DNA of 64,000 nt from positions 31,298 through 95,297 of the forward strand of contig JBAZOT010000001.1 in the NCBI GenBank assembly GCA_041648575.1, read 5' to 3'. A model generated the notes under the pieces. That model was not told the DNA's origin. It did no database searches and saw only the letters and a list, made by a program, of their open reading frames with translations. Both the position numbers and the translations under genes were made by a program. Numbering within the stretch: the first letter of the stretch is position 1; each line of letters begins with the position of its first letter. Source of the DNA: Patescibacteria group bacterium. GTDB lineage: Bacteria > Patescibacteriota > Patescibacteriia > Veblenbacterales > UBA10138. Positions 48,274 to 58,516 of the stretch are shown here, in pieces.

Positions 48274-49020
48274 ATGTCCAAGTTGCTACAAATAAAAAAA
48301 CTTTGCATTAGCGTTGGTAGTAACGCCATCATTGATATTTCAGATTTAGCTATAAATCTTGGTGAAATTCACGCGCTGATGGGACCAAATGGTTCTGGTA
48401 AGTCAACTTTGGCACAAGTGATAGCGGGAAATCCATCATATACTATCAAACAAGGAGCAATTTATTTTTTAGGTAAAAAAATAAATCAGTGGTCGCCTGA
48501 AGAAAGAGCGCGAGCGGGAATATTTTTAGCTTGGCAACATCCCCACAGTATCGCTGGTTTGGCAGTAAGGGATTTTTTACGCACTATTTATAATAATTTA
48601 TTGAGTGTTAAAAATAAAAAAATATTGTCAGTTACGGATTTTAATAAATTATTACTTGATCAAGCATCGAGTTTGGATTTGCCAGTAGAATTATTAGAGC
48701 GTCCGGTAAATGAAGATTTTTCAGGAGGAGAAAAAAAGAAATTAGAAATCTTACAACTGTTATTACTTAAACCAAAATTGGCAATTATAGATGAAATTGA
48801 TTCGGGTTTAGATATAGACGCATTAAAGGTTATTGCCAGAGTTATTGGCAAGCGGAAAAATATGGGTATTTTAGTCATTACTCATTATCAGAGAATTTTA
48901 AAATATTTAAAACCAGACTATGTACACGTTTCCATTAATGGAAAAATTGTAAAAAAAGGGAAAGCAGAATTGGCAAATCAGATAGAGCGGCTTGGTTATA
49001 AATTTTTAAATTTTAAATAA
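48274..49020 (+). CDS. sufC: Fe-S assembly ATPase SufC
   Basis: MGPNGSGKST, FSGGEKKK, DSGLDID, ITHYQR. Confidence 0.94.
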   Translation: MSKLLQIKKLCISVGSNAIIDISDLAINLGEIHALMGPNGSGKSTLAQVIAGNPSYTIKQGAIYFLGKKINQWSPEERARAGIFLAWQHPHSIAGLAVRDFLRTIYNNLLSVKNKKILSVTDFNKLLLDQASSLDLPVELLERPVNEDFSGGEKKKLEILQLLLLKPKLAIIDEIDSGLDIDALKVIARVIGKRKNMGILVITHYQRILKYLKPDYVHVSINGKIVKKGKAELANQIERLGYKFLNFK

Positions 49021-49024
49021 ACTA

Positions 49025-50422
49025 ATGAATCGTCATCAGTTGTCAACAACAAAATATGCTTATGGTTTTCATGATAATTTAAAGCCGGTCTATTCTATAC
49101 CTCGTGGCTTGTCAGCTGCTGTAGTTGCTGAATTATCCAGTATCAAATCAGAACCTCAGTGGCTCAAAAAAATACGTCATCATTCCTTGAAAATTTTTGA
49201 ACAAAAAAAATTGCCCAATTGGGGAGGTGATTTAAGTAAATTGGATTTTAGTAAAATTCAATATTATATTAAACCAACAGAGCGTCAAGTAAGCAGTTGG
49301 CAGCAAGTGCCTAAAGTCATAAAAAATACTTTCGATCGACTTGGTGTTCCGCAGGCCGAACGAAGATTTTTAGCCGGTGCTGGTGCACAATATGAATCCG
49401 AAATGATTTATCACCATTTGCAGGAGGCATGGCTTAAAAAAGGAGTTATTTTTTCTGATTTAGAAACAGCTATCAAGAAATATCCAGATTTAGTAAAAAA
49501 ATATTTTGGCAGTGTGGTACCAGCTGGTGATAATAAATTTGCCGCACTTAATTCAGCTGTTTGGTCTGGTGGTAGTTTTGTCTATGTGCCAAAAAATGTT
49601 CAGGTTACAATTCCCTTGCAAGCATATTTTCGGCTTAATTCTCAAAATATGGGACAATTTGAACGAACTTTAATTATTGCTGATGAGGGAAGTTTTGTTC
49701 ATTATATTGAGGGTTGTACAGCGCCAATTTATGCAGTTGATTCATTACACGCCGCAGTGGTAGAAGTGATTGCACATAAGTATTCACGCATTCGTTATAC
49801 CACCCTGCAGAATTGGTCAGCTAATGTTTATAATTTGGTAACCAAGCGTGCGGTAGCACACGAAGGTGCCATAATTGAATGGGTGGATGGAAATTTTGGC
49901 AGCAAATTAACTATGAAATATCCGGCTGTAATTTTAAAGGGTAGGGGTGCGCACGCTAATATTTTATCCATGGCTATAGCTAGGCGCAGCCAGCATCAAG
50001 ATGTCGGAGCTAAAGTTATTCATATGGCGCCCGATACCAGCTCGCAAATAGTTTCTAAATCAGTAAGTAGTGGGGGTGGTAGATGCAGTTATCGCGGATT
50101 GGTTAAAGTTAATAAAGGTGCCACTAAAGTAAAATCTAAGGTACAATGTGACGCTTTGTTATTGGATAAACATTCTCGATCAGACACTTATCCTAAAATG
50201 CAAGTTTATGAACACGATTGTCAAATAGAACATGAAACCACAGTTTCCAAAATAGGCGATGAGCAATTATTTTATTTAAAAAGCCGCGGTTTAAGTGAAA
50301 TAGAAGCTATATCTTTAATCGTCGGTGGATTTATTGAGCCAGTAGCCAAAGAATTGCCTATGGAATATGCTGTGGAATTAAATCGTTTAATTAATCTGGA
50401 AATGGAAAATTCAATTGCCTAA
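49025..50422 (+). CDS. sufB: Fe-S assembly protein SufB
   Basis: AQYESE, AVWSGGSF, GQFERT, EGCTAP, LPMEYAVE. Confidence 0.96.
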   Translation: MNRHQLSTTKYAYGFHDNLKPVYSIPRGLSAAVVAELSSIKSEPQWLKKIRHHSLKIFEQKKLPNWGGDLSKLDFSKIQYYIKPTERQVSSWQQVPKVIKNTFDRLGVPQAERRFLAGAGAQYESEMIYHHLQEAWLKKGVIFSDLETAIKKYPDLVKKYFGSVVPAGDNKFAALNSAVWSGGSFVYVPKNVQVTIPLQAYFRLNSQNMGQFERTLIIADEGSFVHYIEGCTAPIYAVDSLHAAVVEVIAHKYSRIRYTTLQNWSANVYNLVTKRAVAHEGAIIEWVDGNFGSKLTMKYPAVILKGRGAHANILSMAIARRSQHQDVGAKVIHMAPDTSSQIVSKSVSSGGGRCSYRGLVKVNKGATKVKSKVQCDALLLDKHSRSDTYPKMQVYEHDCQIEHETTVSKIGDEQLFYLKSRGLSEIEAISLIVGGFIEPVAKELPMEYAVELNRLINLEMENSIA

Positions 50423-50424
50423 TT

Positions 50425-51195
50425 ATGCAAGCTAAATCTGGAAAATTTGAAATTTTACCAAACAGGCTGCGGCGAGGTGTATTTGATCTAAATTTTCCTC
50501 ACCAACTAAACAGCAATTGTCTAATACATCTTGATAAATCTATTAAGAAAGATTTACAATTAAATTTTTCATTAAACTCTGGCGCAACAGTTAGGTTAAT
50601 TATTTACGGCAATCCTGAAAATATTAACTGCAGTGTTAATATTAAACAAGCAGCAGGTAGCCAGCTTATTTTTTATTCCATAATTGCAGGGACAAAGAAA
50701 ATTATTAATAAATTAAACGTAGATTTAAACCAGCGGGCAGCTAGATTTGATGGTAAAATATTTTATTTTGGCACAGCTAATGATTTGCAGGAGCAAGTTA
50801 CCAAAGTTGAGCATCGGGCACCAGCCACTTTTGCTAGGGTTAGTCATAAGCGAGTGCAGATTGATAAGTCGCAAACAATAAATTATGGTATGATTAAAGT
50901 TGATAAAAAGGCGGATAAGACCGATACTCTTTTATCAGATAGAACATTACTTTTAGGGAAAAACAGTTCAGCCGAATTTGTGCCTTCATTGGAAATATTA
51001 ACAAGTAACGTTAAAGCATCGCACCAGGCCAGCTGCGGTCAAATATCAAATCAAGATATATTTTATTTACAGTCCCGCGGATTAAGCATATCCCAGGCAC
51101 AAAAACTAATTATTAGTGGATTTATTAAAGAAATTTTACCATCCAGCGGCAGAATAACTAATTGGTTAAGTAAAAAGACAAATAATTATGTTTAA
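50425..51195 (+). CDS. sufD: Fe-S assembly protein SufD (short)
   Basis: PSLEI..VKASH, FYLQSRG; position in the operon. Confidence 0.85.
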   Translation: MQAKSGKFEILPNRLRRGVFDLNFPHQLNSNCLIHLDKSIKKDLQLNFSLNSGATVRLIIYGNPENINCSVNIKQAAGSQLIFYSIIAGTKKIINKLNVDLNQRAARFDGKIFYFGTANDLQEQVTKVEHRAPATFARVSHKRVQIDKSQTINYGMIKVDKKADKTDTLLSDRTLLLGKNSSAEFVPSLEILTSNVKASHQASCGQISNQDIFYLQSRGLSISQAQKLIISGFIKEILPSSGRITNWLSKKTNNYV

Positions 51196-52408
51196 TGTTA
51201 ATATCATTAGAAATCAGTTCCCATTTTTTAAACAGAAAAAAAATAATAAAAATTGGGCATTCTTAGATAATGCGGCGTCTTCGCAAAAACCTGAAATCGT
51301 GTTACGCGCGATGGATGAATTTTATCGAACCACCTATGCTAATATTCATCGCGGTATTTATGACATAGCAGAAGTAGCTACGACGAAATTTGAACAAGCG
51401 CGCGATATGGTAGCTAAATTTATTAATGCTCCGAGTTCCGATAATATTATTTTTACCAAGAACGCGACTGAAGCAATTAATTTGGTTGCTTATACTTTAG
51501 GTACAACATTCAAGCCTAATGAGGAAATATTGCTAAGTGAAATGGAGCATCATGCAAATTTAATACCTTGGCAGCAAGTGGCACGGCGCATGGGCGCTAA
51601 ATTACGTTTCATTCCTGTTACTCAAGATTATCGATTAGATTTAGCCAAGCTTGATGAACTTCTTAATAATAAAACTCGTTTAGTAAGTATTGTTGCCATG
51701 TCTAATACTTTGGGAACTATTAATGATATAAAATATATCATTGATAAGGCTCGAAAATTGGGTGCACTGGTCTTGGTTGACGGTGCGCAAGCGGTGGTTC
51801 ATAATCCGATAAATGTTCAGCAACTTGATTGTGACTTTTTAGTTTTTTCAAGTCACAAAATTTATGGTCCATCTGGTATTGGTGCGCTTTATGGAAAAAA
51901 AGAAATACTTGAATCATTGCCGCCATTTTTAACCGGCGGACACATGATTGCTGATGTGGGGTGGAATAATGCTACATGGAGTGAGGTGCCAGGAAAATTT
52001 GAAGCAGGTACGCCGCCTATTACTGAAGCTATTGGTTTTGCAGAGGCAATCAGGTTTATTCAAGAAATTGGTTGGACCGCGATTGAAAATTATGAACAAG
52101 AATTAACTAATTATGCTTTAGAACAATTAAAAATGATTAATGGTTTGCAATTATTTGGTCCGGCAGATAACCATGATCGTGGTGCATTATTTTCTTTTAC
52201 TTTAAACAAGTTTCATGCGCACGACATCGCAGGTGTATTAAATGAATTAGGTATAGCAGTTAGAGCGGGGCATCATTGTACCGCGCCGTTGCATAAAAAA
52301 TTTGGATTAATTGCCACCACCAGAGCCAGTTGTGCAATTTATAATACTAAAGAAGATATCGATAGGCTAGTTGATGGAATTAAACAAGTCCAAAAAATAC
52401 TAACGTAA
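51188..52408 (+). CDS. sufS: Cysteine desulfurase SufS
   Basis: LDNAASSQKP, DGAQ, SSHK, FEAGTP, RAGHHC. Confidence 0.95.
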   Translation: MFNVNIIRNQFPFFKQKKNNKNWAFLDNAASSQKPEIVLRAMDEFYRTTYANIHRGIYDIAEVATTKFEQARDMVAKFINAPSSDNIIFTKNATEAINLVAYTLGTTFKPNEEILLSEMEHHANLIPWQQVARRMGAKLRFIPVTQDYRLDLAKLDELLNNKTRLVSIVAMSNTLGTINDIKYIIDKARKLGALVLVDGAQAVVHNPINVQQLDCDFLVFSSHKIYGPSGIGALYGKKEILESLPPFLTGGHMIADVGWNNATWSEVPGKFEAGTPPITEAIGFAEAIRFIQEIGWTAIENYEQELTNYALEQLKMINGLQLFGPADNHDRGALFSFTLNKFHAHDIAGVLNELGIAVRAGHHCTAPLHKKFGLIATTRASCAIYNTKEDIDRLVDGIKQVQKILT

Positions 52409-52453
52409 TTATTAATTTTTTCATCACGAATTTTAATCTTAAATTTTTTTATT

Positions 52454-52819
52454 GTGGATTTATATCAGGCTAATATTTTAGATCACTACAAACACCCTCG
52501 GCATAAAGGTAAGTTAAAAAATGCGACTGTGCTGGGTGAACACAATGTGCCGTCATGTGGTGATAGTTTGATTATAGAATTGCAAATAGACCGCGGCAAG
52601 ATTATTGATGCTGCCTTTAACGGTGAGGGTTGTGTTTTGTCGCAAGCATCTGCTTCAATTTTATTAGACGAAATAATTGGTAAAACAGTTACTCAAGTAT
52701 TAACGTGGGATAAAAAAAAGATTCTGGATTTGCTTAATATTGAAATTGGACCAAACCGCCAAAAATGCGCCACGTTATCTTTGGATGCCTTAAAACAAGC
52801 ACTAATTAGAAGTAATTAA
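52454..52819 (+). CDS. sufU: SufU/IscU-like scaffold
   Basis: ILDHYKHP, PSCGD, GCVLSQAS, RQKCA. Confidence 0.9.
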   Translation: MDLYQANILDHYKHPRHKGKLKNATVLGEHNVPSCGDSLIIELQIDRGKIIDAAFNGEGCVLSQASASILLDEIIGKTVTQVLTWDKKKILDLLNIEIGPNRQKCATLSLDALKQALIRSN

Positions 52820-52847
52820 TTCTGTTGATACTAGTAATGCTAGATTT

Positions 52848-53225
52848 TTAAATAGATGAAGTTGGCGGCAAAAGTGCCGTCCTTTTTTTATTTATTATGC
52901 CAACGATTATAGCGAAGACAAATAAAATCGCGTGAAAAAAATTTTCCACCACTTCTAAATGAAAAATATCAAATAGATTTGGTAAAGTTAAGCCAGCTAG
53001 CAGCATTAACATAACAAAAGCAGTTACTACTTCCAGATAACGCTTAAGCCACAAAACATATTGGGAAAACCAACCCAAGCTTATTCCAATTAATCCTAAT
53101 ATAAAATAAACAGCGCTTTGCCAAATATCTAACTCAACCACATAAGGAATTTTTACTATAAAGATACCAAATAAACCAACCCCCATTAAGATAATCCCCG
53201 TAATTCTTGCAAAGTATTTTATCAT
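52848..53225 (-). CDS. Hypothetical 4-TM membrane protein
   Basis: ATG at 53225; four hydrophobic segments; no SD. Confidence 0.65.
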   Translation of the reverse strand: MIKYFARITGIILMGVGLFGIFIVKIPYVVELDIWQSAVYFILGLIGISLGWFSQYVLWLKRYLEVVTAFVMLMLLAGLTLPNLFDIFHLEVVENFFHAILFVFAIIVGIINKKRTALLPPTSSI

Positions 53226-53573
53226 ACAATTATTGTATACTTTTTTTATATTTTTTGCGAGCGCCAGTCTTGTACAATACAAGACGAGCCCCAAATAAGG
53301 ATTGCTTCCAACGTAAAATGAGTTTCAAAGAGGCTCTATTCCACGAAGGCGTGAGTTCGTCTATAATTGAAGTATATGACACTTAGTTCTCAACTTCGGA
53401 ATACCCCTTCGACCACACAAAAGATCCTTCTTCAAGGCTACCGAAACTAATCTTTTATAAGCAAAAACTTTTTCAGAACCAGTTTTTAAATATCTTTAAA
53501 AATTTTCTGTCTCCGCTTTTCAAAAATTTTCCACCGCGAACATTTTGGTCTTTCTGCCCAACATTCTCAGTAT

Positions 53574-53610
53574 GAAAGAAAAAGGCACACCGTTGATGCA
53601 GTGTGCCTTC
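53574..53610 (-). terminator. Terminator of the beta-barrel-like gene
   Basis: AAGGCACAC...GTGTGCCTT followed by a T-rich run on the - strand. Confidence 0.7.
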
Positions 53611-53629
53611 ATAATTACTACAGATACAA

Positions 53630-54463
53630 TTACAGATATACCTGAACGTACAAATTCGTGAGCTTAGAATGATATTGCCATCCCATTCCCACGAGTGTCT
53701 GAATGCCGTTTGGCCCCTGATAGACCTTAGTCCACCCGAGTTCCAGGTGGTCGAACGAGCGACTGTATTTGTTGTAGTTTGCCGTAACATAGGGGGCAAA
53801 CCATTTTGCGCGATATTCAACAAATCCGGTTGTGACCTTGTCATTCGCAACGAACCATTTCAGGGTCATTTCATCACATTCCACACCCGCTGCAATTCCT
53901 TTCCTCACTGTACTCGCAAATCCTCCGAGTTTGAGTGTGCCCAAAACAGTTTTCTGTTCGAGACACGCGTTCCATTCAATTTTTTTGTGGGGAGCTAAAT
54001 AGTAGCTTCCAACCTGGATAAATGGTCCATTAGCAAACTGCCGCGAGATTGCGAGTCCCGTTCCAACTCCGGGTATTGCCGCAATTGCTGGGGGTTCGAA
54101 GTGACCGCCCGACGTGAGTGGCATAGGCCGCATGATGAGCGTAATAGGACGAGGCATAAACCCTCCGGCGATTTTTATGGTTCCGAAATCCTTCGAAAGC
54201 ACGAACTTTCCGAAAACCGAATTACTGCTGGGAGAGAAGTCGTACCCTGCCCATGCACCCAGCTCAATGCTCTCAAATAGTGGGGCGGTAAAATCGCCAC
54301 CAACCCGAATACTTGCCTCGTGTGTGATCGTCAACTCGCTGTTGTAGCTACCGGTATAGAGGATGCCGGCGTATGTTTTCGTAACCTTAAGCGAGTCAAG
54401 TTGAGCAAAAGAAAAAGCGGTAAAAGCGAGAAGCAGCGTGAAAACAACAATAAGGTGTTTCAT
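53630..54463 (-). CDS. Secreted beta-strand-rich protein resembling an outer-membrane beta-barrel
   Basis: Signal peptide MKHLIVVFTLLLAFTAFSFA; alternating Gly/aromatic strands; C-terminus LTNLYVQVYL; GAGG RBS. Confidence 0.6.
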   Translation of the reverse strand: MKHLIVVFTLLLAFTAFSFAQLDSLKVTKTYAGILYTGSYNSELTITHEASIRVGGDFTAPLFESIELGAWAGYDFSPSSNSVFGKFVLSKDFGTIKIAGGFMPRPITLIMRPMPLTSGGHFEPPAIAAIPGVGTGLAISRQFANGPFIQVGSYYLAPHKKIEWNACLEQKTVLGTLKLGGFASTVRKGIAAGVECDEMTLKWFVANDKVTTGFVEYRAKWFAPYVTANYNKYSRSFDHLELGWTKVYQGPNGIQTLVGMGWQYHSKLTNLYVQVYL

Positions 54464-54566
54464 AATATATCCTCTTTTTTTGTTAAGGAACTCTTGGGAT
54501 CTGCCCAAGTCAGTGCAAGTTTATCTTGCTAATAAATTACAATTTTCTATTTTTATTTAATAAATT

Positions 54567-54618
54567 AGTATAGACCTTAAGCTAATTTTTGTCAAGCGAA
54601 TGCTGTTAATGCTATACT
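54567..54618. promoter_or_regulatory. Divergent promoters sharing one TTGTCAA -35 element
   Basis: -: TTGACA-N17-TATACT; +: TTGTCA(54589)-N18-TATACT(54613). Confidence 0.65.
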
Positions 54619-54627
54619 TATTGTGCT

Positions 54628-55614
54628 ATGAACAAAGTTTGTGTTATTGGTGGCGCTACCTGGGATGTACTACTCACATCTAATGAAGCTAAATTTGTGA
54701 ATGTCAAAAGCGGTGGCCGTAAACAGCAAGCGTTAGCTTTTTTATATGGAGCAAAAATTGATACCATTGGCAGTGAATATTCTTTTGGTGGTGGAGCAGC
54801 CAATGTTTCAGTTGGTTTACGGCGATTGGGGATTCCAGTAGATATTGTTACACAGTTGGGAAACGATTGGCGCAGTAAAGATATAATTAATCATTTAAAA
54901 CAAGAGGGTGTTGGAATTAGCAATGTTATTTTTGATAAAAAAGCGTATTCAGCCATTTCTTTTATTATTACGTCAGGTGGCGCGCATGAACATGTAGCAT
55001 TTGTAGATCGGGGAGCAACTTTAAACTTTAATATTAATACTCAACTAGCAATTAAACCATTTCAATGGTTTTATATTACTTCTCTGGCTAATCCATCGTG
55101 GTTTAAATATATGGCCAGTTTTTTACGTCAGGCTAAGGTTAATCAAAAAAACGTTTTTTGGAATCCCGGCAGTTTACAACTTAAATCACCCAAACAATTA
55201 AGACCATTACTTAAATATTTAACTGTGTTGGATTTAAATAAAGATGAGGCTTTTAAATTGGTTTATGATTTTGGATTTCGGCCACATTCCATTGTTGAAG
55301 TAATGAGGATTATCCAGAAATTAGGCGTTAAAATTGTAATTGTAACTGCCGGTGCAAGCGGAGCGTATTGTTTGGCAGATGATAGAGTTGTTTTTTGCCC
55401 ATCCTTTCATGTAAAACCTAAAAATACTATTGGTGCAGGCGATGCTTTTGGATCTGGTTGGCTGGCAGGTTTTTTGAATTCACGTGGCGATATTAAACAA
55501 GCCATGCGGTGGGGTATGGCTAATAGCAATTCAGTAATTATGAAAGTGGGGGCACAAAAGGGATTATTACAAAAAACTAAATTATTAAATTTTGTTAAGC
55601 GCTATGGAAAATAA
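54628..55614 (+). CDS. PfkB family carbohydrate kinase
   Basis: GGGAANVSVGLRRLG, N.DEA, NTIGAGDAF. Confidence 0.92.
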   Translation: MNKVCVIGGATWDVLLTSNEAKFVNVKSGGRKQQALAFLYGAKIDTIGSEYSFGGGAANVSVGLRRLGIPVDIVTQLGNDWRSKDIINHLKQEGVGISNVIFDKKAYSAISFIITSGGAHEHVAFVDRGATLNFNINTQLAIKPFQWFYITSLANPSWFKYMASFLRQAKVNQKNVFWNPGSLQLKSPKQLRPLLKYLTVLDLNKDEAFKLVYDFGFRPHSIVEVMRIIQKLGVKIVIVTAGASGAYCLADDRVVFCPSFHVKPKNTIGAGDAFGSGWLAGFLNSRGDIKQAMRWGMANSNSVIMKVGAQKGLLQKTKLLNFVKRYGK

Positions 55615-56182
55615 ATTGGTACCAATTGAAATATCAGCACGGCATGTGCATTTATCTGACGTTGATCTAGAAAATTTATTTGGTAAAGATTATCAATTGC
55701 GGGTAGACAGAAAAATTTCTCAGCCTGGACAATTTGCTGCCAAAGAAAAGGTTTCTATTAAAACGAATAACGGAGAATTGTCAGTTAGAGTTATTGGTCC
55801 AACCCGTGATCAAACACAAGTTGAGCTTGCTGTAACTGATTGTATTAAATTAGGAATTAAGCCGGAAGTTCGCCTTTCTGGTGATTTAGTAAATACTCCC
55901 GGTTGTATTTTAGTAGGGCCCAAAAGCGAAGCGATATTAACACAAGGCGTGATGGTAGCCCAAAGACATTTGCATATTAACCCCGAGCAAGCTGAGCAGT
56001 ATAATTTAAAGAATGACGATGTTATTTGTATAAAAGTTGGCAGCAGCCGTAAAGTTATTTTTCATCAAGTAATCGTAAGGTGTCATTCGGGCGTAGATGA
56101 ACTTTCCTTTATGATAGATACAGACGAGGCCAACGCTGCTGGTTTAATAGGCGGAGAACAGGGTGAAATAATTATTAGATAG
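55604..56182 (+). CDS. pduL: PduL phosphotransacylase
   Basis: SARHVHL, SQPGQFA, R.SGDL.NTPG, AQRHLH, DTDEANA; ATG at 55604. Confidence 0.92.
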   Translation: MENKLVPIEISARHVHLSDVDLENLFGKDYQLRVDRKISQPGQFAAKEKVSIKTNNGELSVRVIGPTRDQTQVELAVTDCIKLGIKPEVRLSGDLVNTPGCILVGPKSEAILTQGVMVAQRHLHINPEQAEQYNLKNDDVICIKVGSSRKVIFHQVIVRCHSGVDELSFMIDTDEANAAGLIGGEQGEIIIR

Positions 56183-56188
56183 ATATTT

Positions 56189-57355
56189 ATGATTATTGAT
56201 CATAAAACACAATATATTCTAGTTTTAAATGCCGGAAGCGCTACTTTGAAATGGGCTTTGTATACGAGCAGTGATTTGCAAGAGTGCGGGCGCGGTGCAG
56301 TAGAACGCATTGGTTTAGCAAATTCTTTTAGTGAAAATAGGATTGCTGGCAAATTGATAGTGAATAAACAAAAAATCAGCAGTCACAACCAAGCACTAAC
56401 ACAGGTTTTAAAATTAATTGCTTGGCACCATATTCCATTGTCACGCATTATCAAAGTAGGGCATCGAGTAGTTCATGGTGGTGATAAATTTATTAAACCC
56501 ACTAAATTAAGCCAAAAAGTGATTCAGCAGTTGAGCGTCTATAACAATTTAGCGCCGCTGCATAATCCAATTGAATTAGAAACAATTAAGCAGTCGTTTA
56601 AATTTTTAGGTACGACTGAACACTGGGCAGTGTTTGATACAGCGTGGTTTGCTGATTTACCAGATTATGCCAAATATTATGCCTTGCCTTTGGATTTACA
56701 AAAAAAGAAAAATATCAGACGCTTTGGTTTTCATGGTATTTCTCACCAGTATGTTGCCACCAAAGCTGCCGGATTATTAAATAAAAATTTAGCAGAAGTG
56801 AACTTGATTACTTGTCACCTGGGAAGCGGTTCAAGCGTCACTGCGGTAAAAAATGGTAAAGTGGTTGATACGTCGTTTGGCTTTACTCCGCTAGAGGGTT
56901 TAATGATGACCACGCGACCCGGGGACGTTGATCCGGGTTTGATATTGTATTTATTTGAAGAATTAAAATTAAAACCAGCAGTAGTTAAAAAAATGTTGAA
57001 TGATGAGTCAGGTTTAATGGGAATAGCTGGTGTAAAAGATATGAGGGAAGTTTTAACTCGGGCTGGTTATGAGGTGTTAGGATATAAATCACGGAAAAAT
57101 TATAGCGTCCAAGAAAAAATTAATGCAAAATTAGCGCTAAAAATGTTTATTTATCGAGTACAAAAATATCTGGGCGCTTATGCTGCGATTTTGGGTAAAG
57201 TAGATGCCATTGTGTTTACTGGCGGTATTGGTGAGCGTAATGAAACTATCCGCACTTTCATTATGAAGGGACTACCAACGCTTAAACATATTCAGGAATT
57301 TGTTATTCCTGCTAACGAGGAGCTAGCGATTGCTAGGGAGATAGTTAAATTATAA
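56189..57355 (+). CDS. ackA: Acetate kinase
   Basis: LNAGSATLK, GHRVVHGG, APLHNP, GFHGISH, TPLEGL, FTGGIGE, NEE. Confidence 0.95.
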   Translation: MIIDHKTQYILVLNAGSATLKWALYTSSDLQECGRGAVERIGLANSFSENRIAGKLIVNKQKISSHNQALTQVLKLIAWHHIPLSRIIKVGHRVVHGGDKFIKPTKLSQKVIQQLSVYNNLAPLHNPIELETIKQSFKFLGTTEHWAVFDTAWFADLPDYAKYYALPLDLQKKKNIRRFGFHGISHQYVATKAAGLLNKNLAEVNLITCHLGSGSSVTAVKNGKVVDTSFGFTPLEGLMMTTRPGDVDPGLILYLFEELKLKPAVVKKMLNDESGLMGIAGVKDMREVLTRAGYEVLGYKSRKNYSVQEKINAKLALKMFIYRVQKYLGAYAAILGKVDAIVFTGGIGERNETIRTFIMKGLPTLKHIQEFVIPANEELAIAREIVKL

Positions 57356-57430
57356 ATAATTATTTATAGTAAGTCTACTTGAAACGGGGATGAGTTAGAG
57401 TTTAGTGTTAATGAAGTTGTTGTATAAAAT

Positions 57431-58516
57431 ATGAAAAAAGAAGATGAATATATAAGCATAATTAGATCATCCGGCTTACGTCACGTCAGTTCTAGAAATC
57501 TACCCTTGATAACGGTTAGCTGTATTTTTTTTGGTTATAATGAAATACTTAAAAGTCAGGTTGGTTATCAATACGGCACAATTGCTAATATTGGCATAAA
57601 AGATAATGCATATTTTCTGATCAATGAGGATAAAATTGGTAGGTTATTCGATAAATTTGTAAGTAAGAGAAAAGAAAAAATTTTAATAAAAAAATTTTCT
57701 AAAAAATTAATTGATAATAAAAGTGTTTTGAAATCTTTGATGTCTAAAAATTATTTCAATTCACTTCCAACTATTTTAGACTTGTATCTCCAAGTGCTAG
57801 GTCAAATTGGTTTTTATAATTCTATGATGAGGTATATCAAGGATGATAAAAACAAAGCCAAATATTGGCGAAGTTTGTTTAATTTTGTATCAAAAGATAA
57901 AGATAGGGTAGCAAACTTAATTTATTGCGTTATTGAACCTTTATTAAAAAAAAGTTGCCAGAGTATAGGTAGAGATTTTAATTTTGATGGTGATCTTTTA
58001 AAATATATGACTTTACGGGAGATGCAAGAGTATTTATTAACAAAAAGAATAAATAAAAAAATATTACTAACTTTAAAGAAAAGGAGAGAAGGTTATGTTT
58101 ATTTATATTATAAAGAAAAAGATTATGTACTAATTGATAAACCTTTTGTTCATAAAGTATATAAGGAATTTATTATTCCGAAAAAAATAGTTAATATAAT
58201 AAAAGGCGTGCCGGCTTATCCTGGTAAAGTTGTTGGAAAAGTATTTAATACTTTTCATGGTTTAAAAACAGTCAAGCATGGTAGTATATTAGTTACAAAT
58301 GTCACCAATCCGAAAGATAATGTTTTATTAAAAAAGTTTGCTGCTATTGTCACTAATGAAGGTGGTTTACTCTCGCATGCTTCAATAATCTCAAGAGAGT
58401 TTAAAATTCCTTGTATTATTGGTACCAAAATAGCTACGCAAATATTTAAAGACGGGGATAGAGTGGAAGTAGATGCTAATAAGGGGATAGTTAAATTATT
58501 AAAAAAGAAAAGTTGA
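57431..58516 (+). CDS. Protein with C-terminal PEP-utilising swivelling His domain
   Basis: VTNEGGLLSHASIISREFKIPCIIGTK..VEVDANKG; no ATP-grasp domain. Confidence 0.85.
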   Translation: MKKEDEYISIIRSSGLRHVSSRNLPLITVSCIFFGYNEILKSQVGYQYGTIANIGIKDNAYFLINEDKIGRLFDKFVSKRKEKILIKKFSKKLIDNKSVLKSLMSKNYFNSLPTILDLYLQVLGQIGFYNSMMRYIKDDKNKAKYWRSLFNFVSKDKDRVANLIYCVIEPLLKKSCQSIGRDFNFDGDLLKYMTLREMQEYLLTKRINKKILLTLKKRREGYVYLYYKEKDYVLIDKPFVHKVYKEFIIPKKIVNIIKGVPAYPGKVVGKVFNTFHGLKTVKHGSILVTNVTNPKDNVLLKKFAAIVTNEGGLLSHASIISREFKIPCIIGTKIATQIFKDGDRVEVDANKGIVKLLKKKS

